In this document: one piece after another, positions 1-14,930 of the stretch
Layout of the letters: each line of letters opens with the position of its first letter
How positions within the stretch are numbered: position 1 is the stretch's first letter
NCBI RefSeq assembly: GCF_009914755.1
Contig: NC_060942.1
Length of the DNA: 64,000 nucleotides
Reading direction: 5' to 3' (one strand)
Source of the DNA: the human T2T-CHM13v2.0 reference genome, Homo sapiens
Notes under the pieces: generated by a model
Seen by the model: the letters and a program-made list of their open reading frames with translations, nothing else
The model's database searches: none
Told to the model about the DNA's origin: nothing
Translations under genes and position numbers: made by a program

Positions 1-49
1 TTATGGCATGTGAATTATATGCCAATAAGCTGTTTTTTTAAAAAAAAAA
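1..49 (+). mobile_element. Old L1M 3' terminus fragment with A tail
   Basis: ttatggcatgtgaattatatgccaataagctgtt plus A run resembles the L1M 3' end (TTATGGTATGTGAATTATATCTCAATAAAGCTGTT). Confidence 0.65.
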
Positions 50-985
50 GGACATATTTGAAGAATTGAAGGGAACAAAATGAAATTTAAAGTGGTTTCT
101 CATGGCCCATAGACTTCAGTGAGAGGCAGGGAGAGTCCACCCTGATGGTTTTAGTACCCCTACACTAGGTCACGTGGGTATGAACAGCTGTGCAGATGAT
201 CTTTGCAAAGATTACACAACTTGGAGAATTGAAGGGACTAAGACTCTGCGAGCTTACTGTCATAAGGCTTGATGGAGTCAAAGCACATGGAGAAAATAAG
301 CACTAGCAAGCCTCAGGGTCTGAGAGAGCTCCAGGTGCAACTCCCAAGGGTCCTTTCTTAGTCACAGAATCTACTTTATCTCCGGATTATGAATCGCCAG
401 GATATTGGTGAGGAGCCTTGGTTTTGTTAGAGCTCAGGCAGAAGTTTCCAGTGGTTGTTTTATGTCCCACTAGTCATATAGCCCAAGCTGGTTATCCAGT
501 TAAGTCAGGTGTAAGCCATCAACCTAAATCTCTAGACAATGCAAACAACTTAGCAGTGGTATATTTTAAATTACTAACTTGCCCACTAATCCTTATCTTG
601 GCCAAGAAGTCAGTTCCAGGCTTACTTGGTCAGTTCCAGACTTCCAGACATCCTCAGAAATAAATAGAGCTGTATAAACCCAGCTGTAAAATAACTCAAT
701 CATAAACAGCCTTTAACTGCTGTGGCCTGGGAAATAAGTTCCAAGTTTTAAGCCTCAAGATATTTTTATTCTTGCAGGCGACCATTCAAAGAATGACTGC
801 TACTTGGAAAGCATGGCATCAAGGAGAGCTGGAGGTCACAGTGGTTTAACGTAGAATGATGTGGCCACAGGCTGGCCTGGCATTCCAGATTAGCTAAACA
901 GGGATTAGACATTTTAGGGCCTAGATGGGCAGAACAACTTTTGTGCTTTTAAAACTGAAAGAAATCAGTTCTGCATGTCCTGCAA

Positions 986-1186
986 CAGTAGATCTCAGCC
1001 AAGATGATTTTGCCTCCCTAGGGATATTTGGGGATGTCTTTAGACATTTTTGTTGTCACACTTGGGGTGGGTGGGTGCCGTGGGCATCTAGAGGATGGAG
1101 GTCAGCAGTGCAACTAAATATCCCTCAGTACACAGGGCAGCTTCCAACCAAAAACAAACAAACATAAAAAGAACTATCCAGCCCAA
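986..1186 (+). mobile_element. MER20 (hAT-Charlie MITE)
   Basis: gattttgcctccctagggatatttgg...gacatttttgttgtcaca...ggcatctag...aagaactatccagcccaa follows the MER20 consensus. Confidence 0.8.
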
Positions 1187-2217
1187 GTTACAAGGGTAAC
1201 CTATAACTCACAAGGTGAATTTACAAGGCCAAGTCATTTCTCCACCACGTAGTCTAGTTCAGTCTGATTGGCTTAATCACATATGAGAAGAAACCTTCCT
1301 TAGGAGACAGGTTATTTAGGCCTAAGAAATTCCATAATACAAAGCTAAAGATGCCTGCCCAGCAGAGAAGATGGAAGCCTCATCACTAATCAGAACCTAC
1401 ACATGATTTAGTACTGTAGCAAGCAAAACAAAAAAGGAAGGGGAAAATAAAGTTTTTTTATTTGAAGTTTTTTTTTTTTTTGAATTTGCTGAAGCAGAAG
1501 GAAAGGGCTCTCAAATACTATCAGGGAATTGTGACAACCACCACCGAAAATTTAATTTACTCAAACACCATGTCTGTGATACAAGGCCATATGCCTAAGT
1601 GGGCTTTTCCCATAACATGGTAGAGCCAGAATTACTGGACAATTATTCCCAATAGAACTTAAACGGGCATCCATTGGTCAGCATCCCAATGAAGCTAAAA
1701 GTAAAATTTGCCCTCTCACTGGCATAATTTTTGACAGCAATGCAACCTGGATTCTAAGAATAATTTCATCAGAGAAAACTGGTCTACAGGCTTAGAAATG
1801 ACTTATTTTCTAAATTATGGGCCTAGTGATGTAAAAGCCTTATGTGCCCCATTACTACTTTGTGTGCTTTAAAAGAGAGCCTGGTTTTAAAAACTTAACA
1901 CTGAACTAATACATATGCTGAAGTCCTGAAGAAGTTTCACTCATTCTAGGCTGCAACTGTGAGAAGAATGCCAATTCCACCCAGCTGTCTCCAACCAGCT
2001 TCATGAGACAATCGGTGAGAAACAAGGGAAAACTCCAAAACCTTTGATATTTAACTCACAAGGGCAAAAGAGTGCAACTTTGAACAGATTTAAACTTTCA
2101 TCTTACAAAGGGGGTTAATATCTGAACTTTAAATTCTGGGCTAAAATGAAAGATTAAACACGTGCATCTTTATTACCTTCCTGGAACCCAGCCAACACTA
2201 CACCCAAAAAAAAAAAA

Positions 2218-2521
<304 letters not shown>

Positions 2522-2523
2522 TG

Positions 2524-2799
2524 ATTTTTTAAACAAACTTATTTTGAAATAATTTTAGATTTGCAGAAAATTTGCAAAGATGGTACAGAGTTCCTGTATA
2601 CCCTTCACTCAGCTTCCTCTAATGATAATATCTTACATATCACACATTTGTCAAACCTAAGAAATTAACATTGGTACAATATGGCCAAAAAAACTATACA
2701 TGTTGTTTGGATTTCACCAGTTATTCTGCTAGTGCACTTTTTCTGTCCCAGGATCCAATCCTGTACACTATATTGCATTTAGTTGCCATGTCTTATTAG
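2524..2799 (-). mobile_element. L1MC-type 3' end fragment
   Basis: ttattttgaaataattttagatttgcagaaaa...ggatccaatc...ttgcatttagttg is typical of the antisense L1MC 3' UTR. Confidence 0.7.
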
Positions 2800-3486
<687 letters not shown>

Positions 3487-4519
3487 GTGTCCTCAACTCT
3501 GAGACACTCTCTCCACAGCAAAAGGTTTTTTAAGAGATGGAAACACAGAAGAACACAGCGAACAGGGAGGAGATAATAGTAACAAAAATGTGAAATCTGA
3601 ATCATAAACCAGTAAAGGGAAAGATAAACAAACTGACATATGCTACAGATTTTTCAAACAGCTCTGTTCCTGGAAGTGATAAGAGGAAGAGAGTGGGAAG
3701 AAGAACTATTGGGAAAAACACTATTTGAGAAATTATTTGAGAACCCTCGATCCTTCCATGCTTCACAGTGCTAGGAAACTGGCCCTCACCTATCCTAGAG
3801 GAGATCCAGAGATGTAAACTCTAAATTGTGGTCTGCAATCTTGAGAATGCCAGGTGCAGGTACTTTGGACCATTAAAGAAGAAATTCTGTTTAATGTTTT
3901 AGCTGCAAGGAAGAGCAAGTTAATAACTCTAATCTGGTTAATCTTCACTTGAAACAATCTATGAATTTTTGCTGTGACAATGTGACTCAAACCACAAATA
4001 CTATTGTGATTACTTATCTATTTGGCTCCTTGCTAAAATACTTATGAAGTTTAATTTATCTCTTAACTTCAAGTGAGAAATACCTTTAATGTAAGTGTAA
4101 ACTTTGACTTGTATCAGTTAATATGCAATCTTTGAAGAAACAGATTTAGGTTTCTTATCGGGTCATACAAATTCCTTCGCCTGAACCATTCCACCGTTGT
4201 CTTTATACTTAGCAATATTCTATACTTCTCTGCAACAAGACCCACCCCTCCATGGCATTTATTATTTTTCAAACATATTTATGTGATTGTCTGACTTCTA
4301 GCACCCATCTATCTGTATATTTTGTTATGTATATATGTATCCCTTCTGTCTAGGTTTACTCCCTAATTATCCCATATGTACTATTCTTCGTTCCTCTGTC
4401 AAAGAGTAAACTGCAGGAACCCAGGAATCATGTTTCACATATCTTGCTTTTCATATCATGCTGAGCAAAACTCTAAACTCACAATATATCAATGTTTCAC
4501 AAAATATGTTTATAATTCC

Positions 4520-4800
4520 CTGCCTCAAATTAACCAAGGGTTTTTAAAAAGCATATTATTAAGTTCTGGTGAGGGATAGTGGTGATGGTTGCATAATAAT
4601 GCAAATGTGCTTTATTCAACTGGTTAAAATGGTAACCTTTGGGTTAAGCATATTTTACCACAATAAAAAATGAATTTTAAAGCACATTATTAAGCCCAGT
4701 GAATTGATGAATAAGGACCTGCAGGAATGGTGCCTGGGAACCTACATTTCCACAGTTCTCCAAGTATTTCTTATGCAACCTGGTCTGAAAAACCATCACA
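4520..4800. mobile_element. MER5-type hAT MITE interrupted by an L1MB 3' fragment
   Basis: gcctgggaacctacatttccacagttctccaagtatttcttatgca resembles the MER5A core. Confidence 0.5.
4564..4678 (+). mobile_element. L1MB-type 3' end fragment with decayed TSD
   Basis: gttctgg...atagtggtgatggttgca...ggttaaaatggtaa...tattttaccacaataaaaaa; flanked by aaagca(t/c)attattaag. Confidence 0.75.
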
Positions 4801-4834
4801 TTAGATAGCCAGTAAATACCTGTGGTTTGCATGA

Positions 4835-5199
4835 ATGACTGATTGATTGATTGTTGATTGACTGATTGATTGATTGATTGGAGACAGGGTCTCTCTCTGA
4901 CACCCAGGCTGGATTGCAGTGGTGCAATTATGACTCATTTCACCCTCAACTTCCCAGGTTCAGGCAATTCTTCTACCTCAGCCTCCTGAGTATCTTGGGC
5001 TACAGGTGTGCACTATCATGCCAGGCTACCGTTTTGTTTTTGTTTTTGTTTTTTGTTTTGTTTTGTTTCATTTTGTTTTTGTAGATACAGGGTCTGTCTA
5101 TGTTGCCCAGGCTTTTCTCTAACTCCTGGTCTCAAGCGATCCTCCTGCTTTGGCCTTCCAAAGTGCTGGGATTACAGGTGTGAGCCACCATGCCTGGCC
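4835..5199 (-). mobile_element. AluJ with (TGAT)n tail-derived microsatellite and (GTTTT)n middle linker
   Basis: Diverged dimeric Alu ending tgcctggcc; tail degenerated to tgat repeats at 4835-4880. Confidence 0.9.
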
Positions 5200-6212
5200 T
5201 TATGTGATTAATTATTGAGAACTTTGATCTACATTTTGATTATACACAATGCTCAGGAAGCCAAGTAAGGCCCCCCTCAAAAAACGACTTACCTCTAATG
5301 CCTAGAAATATTAATTCTCTACAAGCCCCTATTTTAAAAGCCTTTCATGAAAAGAGCTTCCTATACATATTTTCTATTTCATGAAGAGTTTATGAGGAAT
5401 CATGAAAAGTATAAAAGCCTGTAAAATAAAAGTGCAACATAAATCATCAGCAACATGACCACAGACACCCAATATGCCCCTGCATGATTTTGGTCAAGTT
5501 CATCATCCTCCAAACATTCAAGGGAAATGTTCTTGGTAGGAACAAAGACATTCTAAAGCTTTCTCATCACTCAAATTGCTATCATGAGTGCCACATGAGC
5601 AGTGATTTGTTGAATTGAATGATCATAAGCAAAGATTTGCTGAATTGAATGACTCAAGGTTTTCTGAATATGCTTGATGGAGATTGACTACTATATTAAA
5701 CCTAGCATCTATTTTAAGTGATTGAAAACCCTGAAATAGTGCTGAGACCATATTATTCTCCATCAAGCATATAGACTGACAGGATTTCATATGTTTAACC
5801 TCCCACTAGGCTTAACTACCTCTAACTGCTGGGGAGATCTATTTATCTGTAGATGTGTGGCTACGAGAAATAGCCTCAGTCTATATCTGAGGGTGGCTGG
5901 TAGCCCAGGGCTCCAAATAGAAAGTTTTCAAGGGTAACCTGGGAAAATATTTGGAAACTCTGGGGCAGGGTGCCACTGAAGGCAGAGCTGTAGGCAAAGT
6001 GGAAAATATTGCTCTGGAAAGCACAATGATGAGGCTATTCAAAGCATGTAACTGGACAGAGTTACTTGACATGCACGATAAAGTCAATGTAGGAGCCAAA
6101 GCTAAACCTCAGAGATGTGAGTTGAAGAACTGAGTGAATAGAGGCATCATCTATAAACACAAGGAAGTAAGCAGAGGATGAAGGCTTGGGTTAGAAAAGT
6201 AATAAGCTTGTT

Positions 6213-6443
6213 CAGAAACAGAAAATACAATGGTGTTTGCCAGAGGCTGAGGGGAGGAAGATGGGAGGAAAAGGGAAGTTTTTATTCAATGGGTGTAGAG
6301 TTTCAGTTGTGCAAGATGCAAAAGTTCTAGAGATCTGTTGCACAACAATGTAACTATCATTAACACTGCTATACTGTATATTTAAAAATGGTTACCATGG
6401 TCAATTTTGTGTTTTTACCACAATAATAAATACAACAATAAAA
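6213..6443 (+). mobile_element. L1MB (MB1-3 like) 3' end
   Basis: gagtttcagttgtgcaagatgcaaaagttctagagatctgttgcacaacaatgt...ttttaccacaataa. Confidence 0.85.
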
Positions 6444-7097
6444 ATAATGGGCTTGTGTAGATTGACTTAGGCACAGTGGCCTATGGTGGGCAACATCTTA
6501 TAGCTCTTCTTCATACTGATATTCAACAGATTGATCTTAAATTCATATTATAGCTTGAACAAATAGGTAATTTTATATCACTGTTACCTGGCAGGGGTAA
6601 ACACTCAGAAAAATACATTTATTCTCATCATCCACAATTACACTGAGCTTCCGCAGAGGTGTGACCACACATTGAGGGCTGTCAATTGTATAATATTTTG
6701 ATAGATAATCGTCCGTCCTGGAAAACACTTAAAAGATCATAATTTTTAAAATCATTTTTTGCCATTTGTCTGGCTAAAATGATAACTCATCCTGAGCAAG
6801 TGGTTTTAAGTTAGCCTGAAATAAGAAGCCACTCTAATAAACTCTCTCAACCACGTTATTCCCACTTGAAACAGATGTCTGGGTTGAAAAATATTCATGG
6901 CTATGTTTCAAATATGTTTAAGCACTAAACCAAAAATACTAATATTTGAAATAAGAATATAGTAATAACCCATGCTTCTATGCTAGTTATATTCTACCAT
7001 TTGCTAAATTTAAACCCTTTGCTTTAAAAACCTTAACATGTCAATGAAATATTTTAAAAATAATATTAGAAGATAAAACTTACTAGCCACTTACTAA

Positions 7098-7260
7098 GCC
7101 TCACAATAATCCTTCAAGTTAAGATTTATCCTATTTCACAGGAGGAAACTGAGGCTCAGAGGGATTAAGTAACTTAATCAAGTCACACAGCCTGAAGGCA
7201 ATAGATCCTAACTTGAAAGCTAGATCTGCCCAACTTCAAAGCCTGTCCCCTTTCCATTTC
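7098..7260 (-). mobile_element. MIR
   Basis: gaggaaactgaggctcagagggattaagtaactt...gtcacacagc (antisense MIR core). Confidence 0.8.
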
Positions 7261-7629
7261 TCAGCCCTGCTTATAAGGAAGTCAAAACCCTTGGAATCAT
7301 GCATAATGGATTAGAACCAGTAAACTTGAAATAATTTCTAACATTCTTTGGTTACATCTATAAAACATCTAGGCACTTAGATGTTGAAAACGGAAAAGTT
7401 TTAAACAATTAACAGTGCCAGAAGTAGCAGCCAGAACAGTTCTACAATTGATTAGTTTACTATCTATCTAGGTCTATCCTTACTAAACCTAGCAGTAAAT
7501 AGAAAATTGAGAACCACTAAGTCATTCTCAAATGTGTTGACCACACTCATCTTCTGTTTCATTAAACAGTATTCACGAAACACTTTTGATCATACACCAC
7601 TTTTGGTCAAAGAAAAAAAAAACAGCCTC

Positions 7630-8190
7630 TATTTGCTGGTTATCTATTGTTACATAGCAAACTACTGCAAAATTTAGTGCTTTCAAACAACCACTGTATT
7701 ATCATAGCTCACAATTTTGTTGGCCCTGCTTGAATTAGGAAATGGCTCAGCTGGGTGACTCTTCTACTCCTTAGATAGGGTCTCTCAGTGGCATTCACCT
7801 AATGACTCAGCCAGACTGCTGAGGGGGTTCAAGACCACTTCAGTCACATGCCTGGTGCCTTATAGGGGACAGCTGGAATGTGGGGTTCATCTGGGCCCTT
7901 CTGTCCATCCATGAGATCTGAGGCCCTTTCCACATGGTCTCCCCAGCAGAGTCATCACACTCCATCATGTGACTCAAGACTTCATGAATGAGTGTTCTCT
8001 AAAAGCTGAAGTGGAAGCTGCCAGTCTTATAAGGACTGGCCACAGACACTGACATACCATCACTTCCACTATATTCTGTTGGCCAAAGTAGTCACAGAGC
8101 TGGCAGAGATTCAAGGGGAGGCAATACAGATTCCCCACCTCTCAGTGAGAGGAGTTTCAAAAACTTTGAAACCAACTTTAATCTGCCATA
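7630..8190 (-). mobile_element. MaLR LTR (MLT1G/H type)
   Basis: catcacttccactatattctgttggccaaagtagtcacaga...gattcaaggggagg...ccccacctctcagtgagaggag...tttaatctgccata. Confidence 0.8.
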
Positions 8191-8971
8191 CCACATTATA
8201 AATATATGCTTATACTACAGAACATTGCATGAACAATTGCAAACACACACAAAATAGAAAATGATTAGGGAAGAAACAAACACATAAATAAATATGCTAA
8301 CATTTTCTTCCCATGGCCTTTGAATCATTTTGTACATCGCCTAAGGTGAACACACTTCCACTATGGAGTCTACTGCTCTACCTTCCTGCATCTCTAGTCC
8401 TTAATTCAGCAAATATATAAAGAGAGCACCTTACATGCAAAAGACATATTACACACTGCTGAACAAATGAATAAACATGAACGTTCCTCTTCAGGAATTT
8501 ACAACCCAGTGGAAGAAAATGAGAGTAAATAATTACAACTTGCATGAAAATATTGCTAACTAGACCTGGAGGAGTCAAGGAAGCAGACACAGACCAATCT
8601 TTCTGGACACTACCTCGTATGTCATTGTTTTCATGAGTGGGCCATAGTTCTGCTGACCCCAAAAGACTACAAACTCCCTGAAGACAGGACAATATGTACA
8701 TTCCTTTTGCTGTCCTATGCTAAATGCTCAGCTAATATTAGAATTGATGGAAGTAATTGATTAGATCTTTTTGCACCTAGGGTGAAAAACGGTCCCCCTA
8801 ACCACAACCAAATTGTTGGTTAAAGGGTGGGGAGATGGATAAGAGTACAGACGTAATCAGCCTAAATTTATTAACACTCATAGAAATATAATAATGATTT
8901 ATATTTGACAGCACTTAAGAAATTACAATAAGATTTTACATGCATTCATTCATTAAGTAACCAAGATATTA

Positions 8972-9626
<655 letters not shown>

Positions 9627-10157
9627 TTAATAGTACATCACAGAACATTCATCATCATATTACTTGATTACCTTCTTCACCTGTATGTTTCTGAGATGTA
9701 CATATACAACCAAAACCTCTTAGAGGACCACGGAAAGAGGCGGGAGGAAAGTAAACCATTTCCTTCCTGTTTGTGAAACAGGCCCACCTGTGATAAGTAA
9801 CCACCTTTACTTTCTGAATCTGCTGAGAACTAAACCTGACAACATAGAGTCTGACTGCAGCATGAGGGCCGACAGGTAAAATATTATCACCATCATCAGC
9901 CAATGGTTACTGAGCACTTAAAGCATTCAAGATACAGTGTAGTGATAGACACTGTGAGACTCTTGATAGAGTTAGGTGGCAGAAAGGATGATTGAGGATG
10001 GTCCCAGAGACCTTTTAGAACAAGTTAGATAAAGCATCTGTCTAAAGTGATTTAGGTGGAGCTGGGACTGGAAGCACAAGTGAAATGCATGATGTTTCAG
10101 GTCACCATCCTTCTGTCTTTCTATGACATTTATAAAAAATGAGAGAATTGTTCACTT

Positions 10158-10270
10158 TTAGAGCTGGAGAGGTTTGATCTATTCCAACCCCCTCATTTTA
10201 TGCTAAGGAGACTGAGGCCCAAACAAGTGAATTGGCTTGCCCTAAGATACCTGGCTAAAAGTTACCAAGT
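10158..10270 (-). mobile_element. MIR fragment
   Basis: ccaaccccctcattttatgctaaggagactgaggcccaa...gcttgccctaag. Confidence 0.7.
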
Positions 10271-11449
10271 CTCCTGGTTCTTGTTAGTTCCACATTCTTG
10301 GCATCAACTTCCCCAAGCCAACTTGAGTAGGTCACTTTGAAGTCATGCTAAGAGACTCAGATGTAACGATTCTATGAAGCAGTCTCATAACACTTTACCT
10401 TTGCAAAGTAAAATGTTTATGAGAGAAAGCTTTAACTCTGTTTTCAAATGAAGAAACTGAAGCTTAATTAATGAGCTTAATTGATGTCAGTCAATGACAA
10501 TAAGACTTGAAATACATGAGTCCTGATTCTGGGACCTGTGGTTAGTATCATAGTCATAGCTACAACATGAAGTGCCCACATTTAAGGAACAGTAGCAGGG
10601 GCGAGGCTGAGTGTTCCAACACTGCGGACAGACCAGGCTATTAGCAGTAGAGGAGCTCAGAATGAAAAGCACGATGTGTAAGGAATGCTCTGATTTCAAG
10701 ATTTCATTCCATGCATTTTCTCCTCCTTCTATTCCTTGTTCCCTCTTTCATGACACCTAGATCTCCTTTGGTATTTAAAACAATAAATTTAGTATCACTT
10801 CCCTTCTTTTTAAAAATCCTATCCTCAAGCAAAATCTGTCAGATAAAAATATTCTTTATTTACAAGGATCCAAATTCTTACTTGTGCTAAGTTCTCCCAC
10901 TATCACTGGGAATGAGTCATGAGGTCCTGTTTCATCTTCTCTTCTCTCGGCAACACCTGGCATCAACTGTAGGTCATTTTCAGAGCCTCCTCAGCCCTGG
11001 ACTGCTAACATCATTTTGGCAATCAAACAACTTTTATTATGTTGTAGCTCTATTTAGATATCATAGGCCTTTAATTTTTCTTCCTTGGCATTGGCCATTG
11101 CTCCAGTAAAATTCCAACTATTGATTCATCCTTCATAGGCTCATCCTAATACTGACCTGTGGTTCAAGCCTCCAATTGCCATCTTCCCTTCCTACACTTT
11201 CACCGTATCCTTTAGAAGCTCTATTCCATTATCAATAATTTTGTATGCCCTCAATCTCTGTGAAAGGCATTCACTCCACTTTTTGGCACAATTGAATTCT
11301 GACATTTTCTCCAGGATCTCCACCTTTTCCCTGTTTTCAAGTAACTTGGAACTTCTATGCATCATTTTGAAGACTTCTGAAGTGGAGTCAGTTCTCTCTT
11401 CTATGCCCACATGGCAGAGCCAGCATTCTCCTAGTTGCTTATCCCCAGT

Positions 11450-12070
11450 TTAAAGCCATTACCCACCCACTTTCTGAAAAACCCTCTCATCATTTGATAT
11501 ACCTGTCACTACAGATTTGTCTCATCTCCAATATCTTCTATCATCACCAGCACCCTCTCAGATTGATTGGTTAGTTCCTGGACCTTTCATCATCCATCTG
11601 TTTTTCCACTCTAACCCCAACACCAACATGAGGGACATAAGATATGTATATAGGTGAGTTTCTGAGACCTCACACTTCCTGGAACTTTTCTACTCCAATG
11701 AGTTTATCGTCACTCTTCCTCAGCACCAGGATGAGCAATCCATCAGCACCAGGATTGCTCTATTGCATTAACCTTAAACTCTAGCTATTCAGTATGACAC
11801 TTACCTCTAATCAAGTCAATTTTCTCACTTGCCTTCTCCTACTGCATTTACTCTCTGAACTTATCATAAGCTGCAGTCTCTTAACTCTTCCCTGTTTTCA
11901 AGTAACTTGGAACTTCCATGCATCATTTTCCTCCTTACAAGGCAGGACCTTGTACAATTCACGTATCCACTCTGAACAACATGCTCACTTGCTCTCTTGT
12001 CTTATTGTCTTTCCACTATACTCTTCTAACAGAATATGGGCATGGATTAATCCAGTTATCAATCTCTTTG
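11450..12070 (+). mobile_element. L2 body fragment (highly decayed)
   Basis: C/T-rich L2-like tracts, e.g. catggattaatccagttatc; more L2-like sequence at about 13900-14370 and 15900-16250. Confidence 0.45.
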
Positions 12071-13266
12071 GCTCCCTCAGGAGAGTTGGAGGCAATGTTG
12101 GGTTGATTTCAGGCTGGGACTCAAGTATGTCTGAATCTTCCTTTACTGTTGATCCCTTCCCCAACCCCTGCACAGAAACAGCCACAGCAGAATGGGAGTC
12201 AAAAATATCTTTTGTTAGTAAGCAAATACTTGGTGACTTCCACTAAAGGGCTCCTTGTTAAAAGCTTAAAGAAGAAGATTTGAACATGGAAGCTAAGAGG
12301 GGAAGTTAATGTTGGGGTTACCGTCTCCTCAGGGATGCCGAAGCAGTGGCCTCCACCAGGCTTCTTGGTCAACACTCTAACTTACTAAAAGAAAACAAAG
12401 AGAGTTACTATTGCAGGATGCTTCTGCAGGATATACCTAGTCTACATGGATTGCTTGTTGCAAATAAAAGTGGAATATATAGATTTACAGGATGCTCCTG
12501 GCTGTAGAACAGAAGTTAGTCAAGGAATCTTTCTACACGAGTGACAAACCAAGCATAAAAACTAAGGAGCTATAAATAAAAGTGGCTTCATCTGAGCTGA
12601 CATATACTGCTAAAATTGTTAGTCCTCACCTTTTCTTTCAACACTAAAAATGTCCCTGTACAGGGAAAGTAGCTTTAGGAAGCTGCGTATGTTGGGTTCA
12701 GGGTCCCTCTGAGAGAAAATAGCTTTAAATTTTAACTAGCAAAGCTTGTTTTTGGATAAGACATATAATTAGCAGGACTTTGCTTTGATAATCCATCCTT
12801 TTGTAGTACTGCAAAAGTCTTAGTGATGCCTTCTTCTTTCTCCTCCCTGAATCTGAGATGACAAAATCTATAGTTTCAAGGGCAGAGTAAATGAATAGAT
12901 GAAAAGACCTAGAGATTTGGCCAGTACTGACCAAGCAGGTGAGATCTGTCTAGGTCAGAGGTATCAGGTAGAAAAGGTAATATCCAGCCTGATCAGGTGG
13001 ATTTGGTAATGACCACTTATACTTATCCCTGCCTGCATGTGCTTTCTTGATGGACAAAGTATAGAAATCAAGAAGAGGAGTGAATAGGTAAACTCCTCCT
13101 CTAAGGCACAGTAACTCTACCCGTTGAAGAATAGGGCCCTGACAATGCCACACTGGGATCTGGCCAACCACATGGGGTGCTCCTCCTCTCTTAGAGAGGG
13201 GTGGGTACTTGCAAAGCAGTGGGTAGAAAAAAAATGTTAAGTAGAAAAATTGAATGCTCTGTTTCC

Positions 13267-13806
13267 TATATCAATCAGGGTTCTCCAGAGAAACATAAAT
13301 AATGGAAGATGATAAATAGATGATAGCTACATAGATAGGGTTTTTTTTTAATTTGCTCATGAGATTGTGGAGCCTGGCAAATCTGAAATTTATAGGGAGC
13401 CAGCAAGCTGGAACCTGAGACAAGCTTTGATGTTGCAATCTTCTGTCCGAAATCCATAGTTCAGGTAAGCAGTTGGAAACTCAAGCAACAGCTGATGTTG
13501 CACTAGTGTTGAGTTTCAAATTTGTGGCTTAGGACAGAAGGTTGAAAACTCAGGTAAGATTTGTATGTTACAGTCTTGAGGCAACATTCCATCTCTGGGA
13601 AACAGTGTTTGTTTTTAATGTCTTCCACTGATTGGGTAAGACCCACCCACATTGATGAAGGTAATCTCCTTTACTTAAAAATCAACTGATTGTAGATGTT
13701 AAACACATTTACACAATACCCTCACAGCAACATCTAGTCTAGTATTTGACTAAATAACTGGACCCCATTGCCTCACCAGGTTGTCACATAAAATTTAACC
13801 ACCACA
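13267..13806 (-). mobile_element. MLT2 (ERVL) solo LTR, MLT2C/D type
   Basis: cagggttctccagagaaaca...actgattgggtaagacccacccacatt...cacataaaatttaaccaccaca. Confidence 0.85.
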
Positions 13807-14379
13807 CTCCCCAATGATAAAGTGAGCCTAAGAAATAACGCAACTATTGGCCTTGCTACTCTCTATGTGTGTGAGTTTCAATCCCAGATGCATGCTCAGC
13901 ACTTCTCAGAAGCACTATTACAGCTTTCTACCGACACTCCTCCCACTCATCTAGTAGCTACTTCAAATCATCACTACCTTAAATTCTAATCCCACAAGTG
14001 CCATTTCTCCCTCTCTCAATTGATCACCCTGATTCCTATAAAATTCCTCCAGTTTCCCTTCTCACCTTCCACCCATCAACTTTCATACCTCTATCCATAA
14101 TAAAACAAATCCCTCCCTCTATCCAAGGTTAGTTTACCCAAAGCCAATGCTGCAATCTCACACATCCTCAGGCAATTTTTTTTCACTTGTTATTCTCCCT
14201 ATTGTGTGTTCAACCACTTGGAACCTATTAATTAACCCTTGTCCACATGTATATATGATTAAAGATCATGAAAAGAAAACTATTCCTCTTTTAACTCTAT
14301 GAAACCCACCGCTGGAACTATCTACAACTCTACCTTTTTAGAGTCACTCCACTCACTCCCATTCACTTACATGAGAAGC

Positions 14380-14930
<551 letters not shown>

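Noticed and set aside
9671-9835. Minus-strand exon-like segment (cag|gtttag ... aag|gtaatc)
   Set aside because: Weak acceptor tract and unrecognised peptide; not distinguishable from chance without transcript data.
11794-12246. 150-aa ORF
   Set aside because: Lies largely in decayed L2-like pyrimidine-rich sequence; no recognisable domain.
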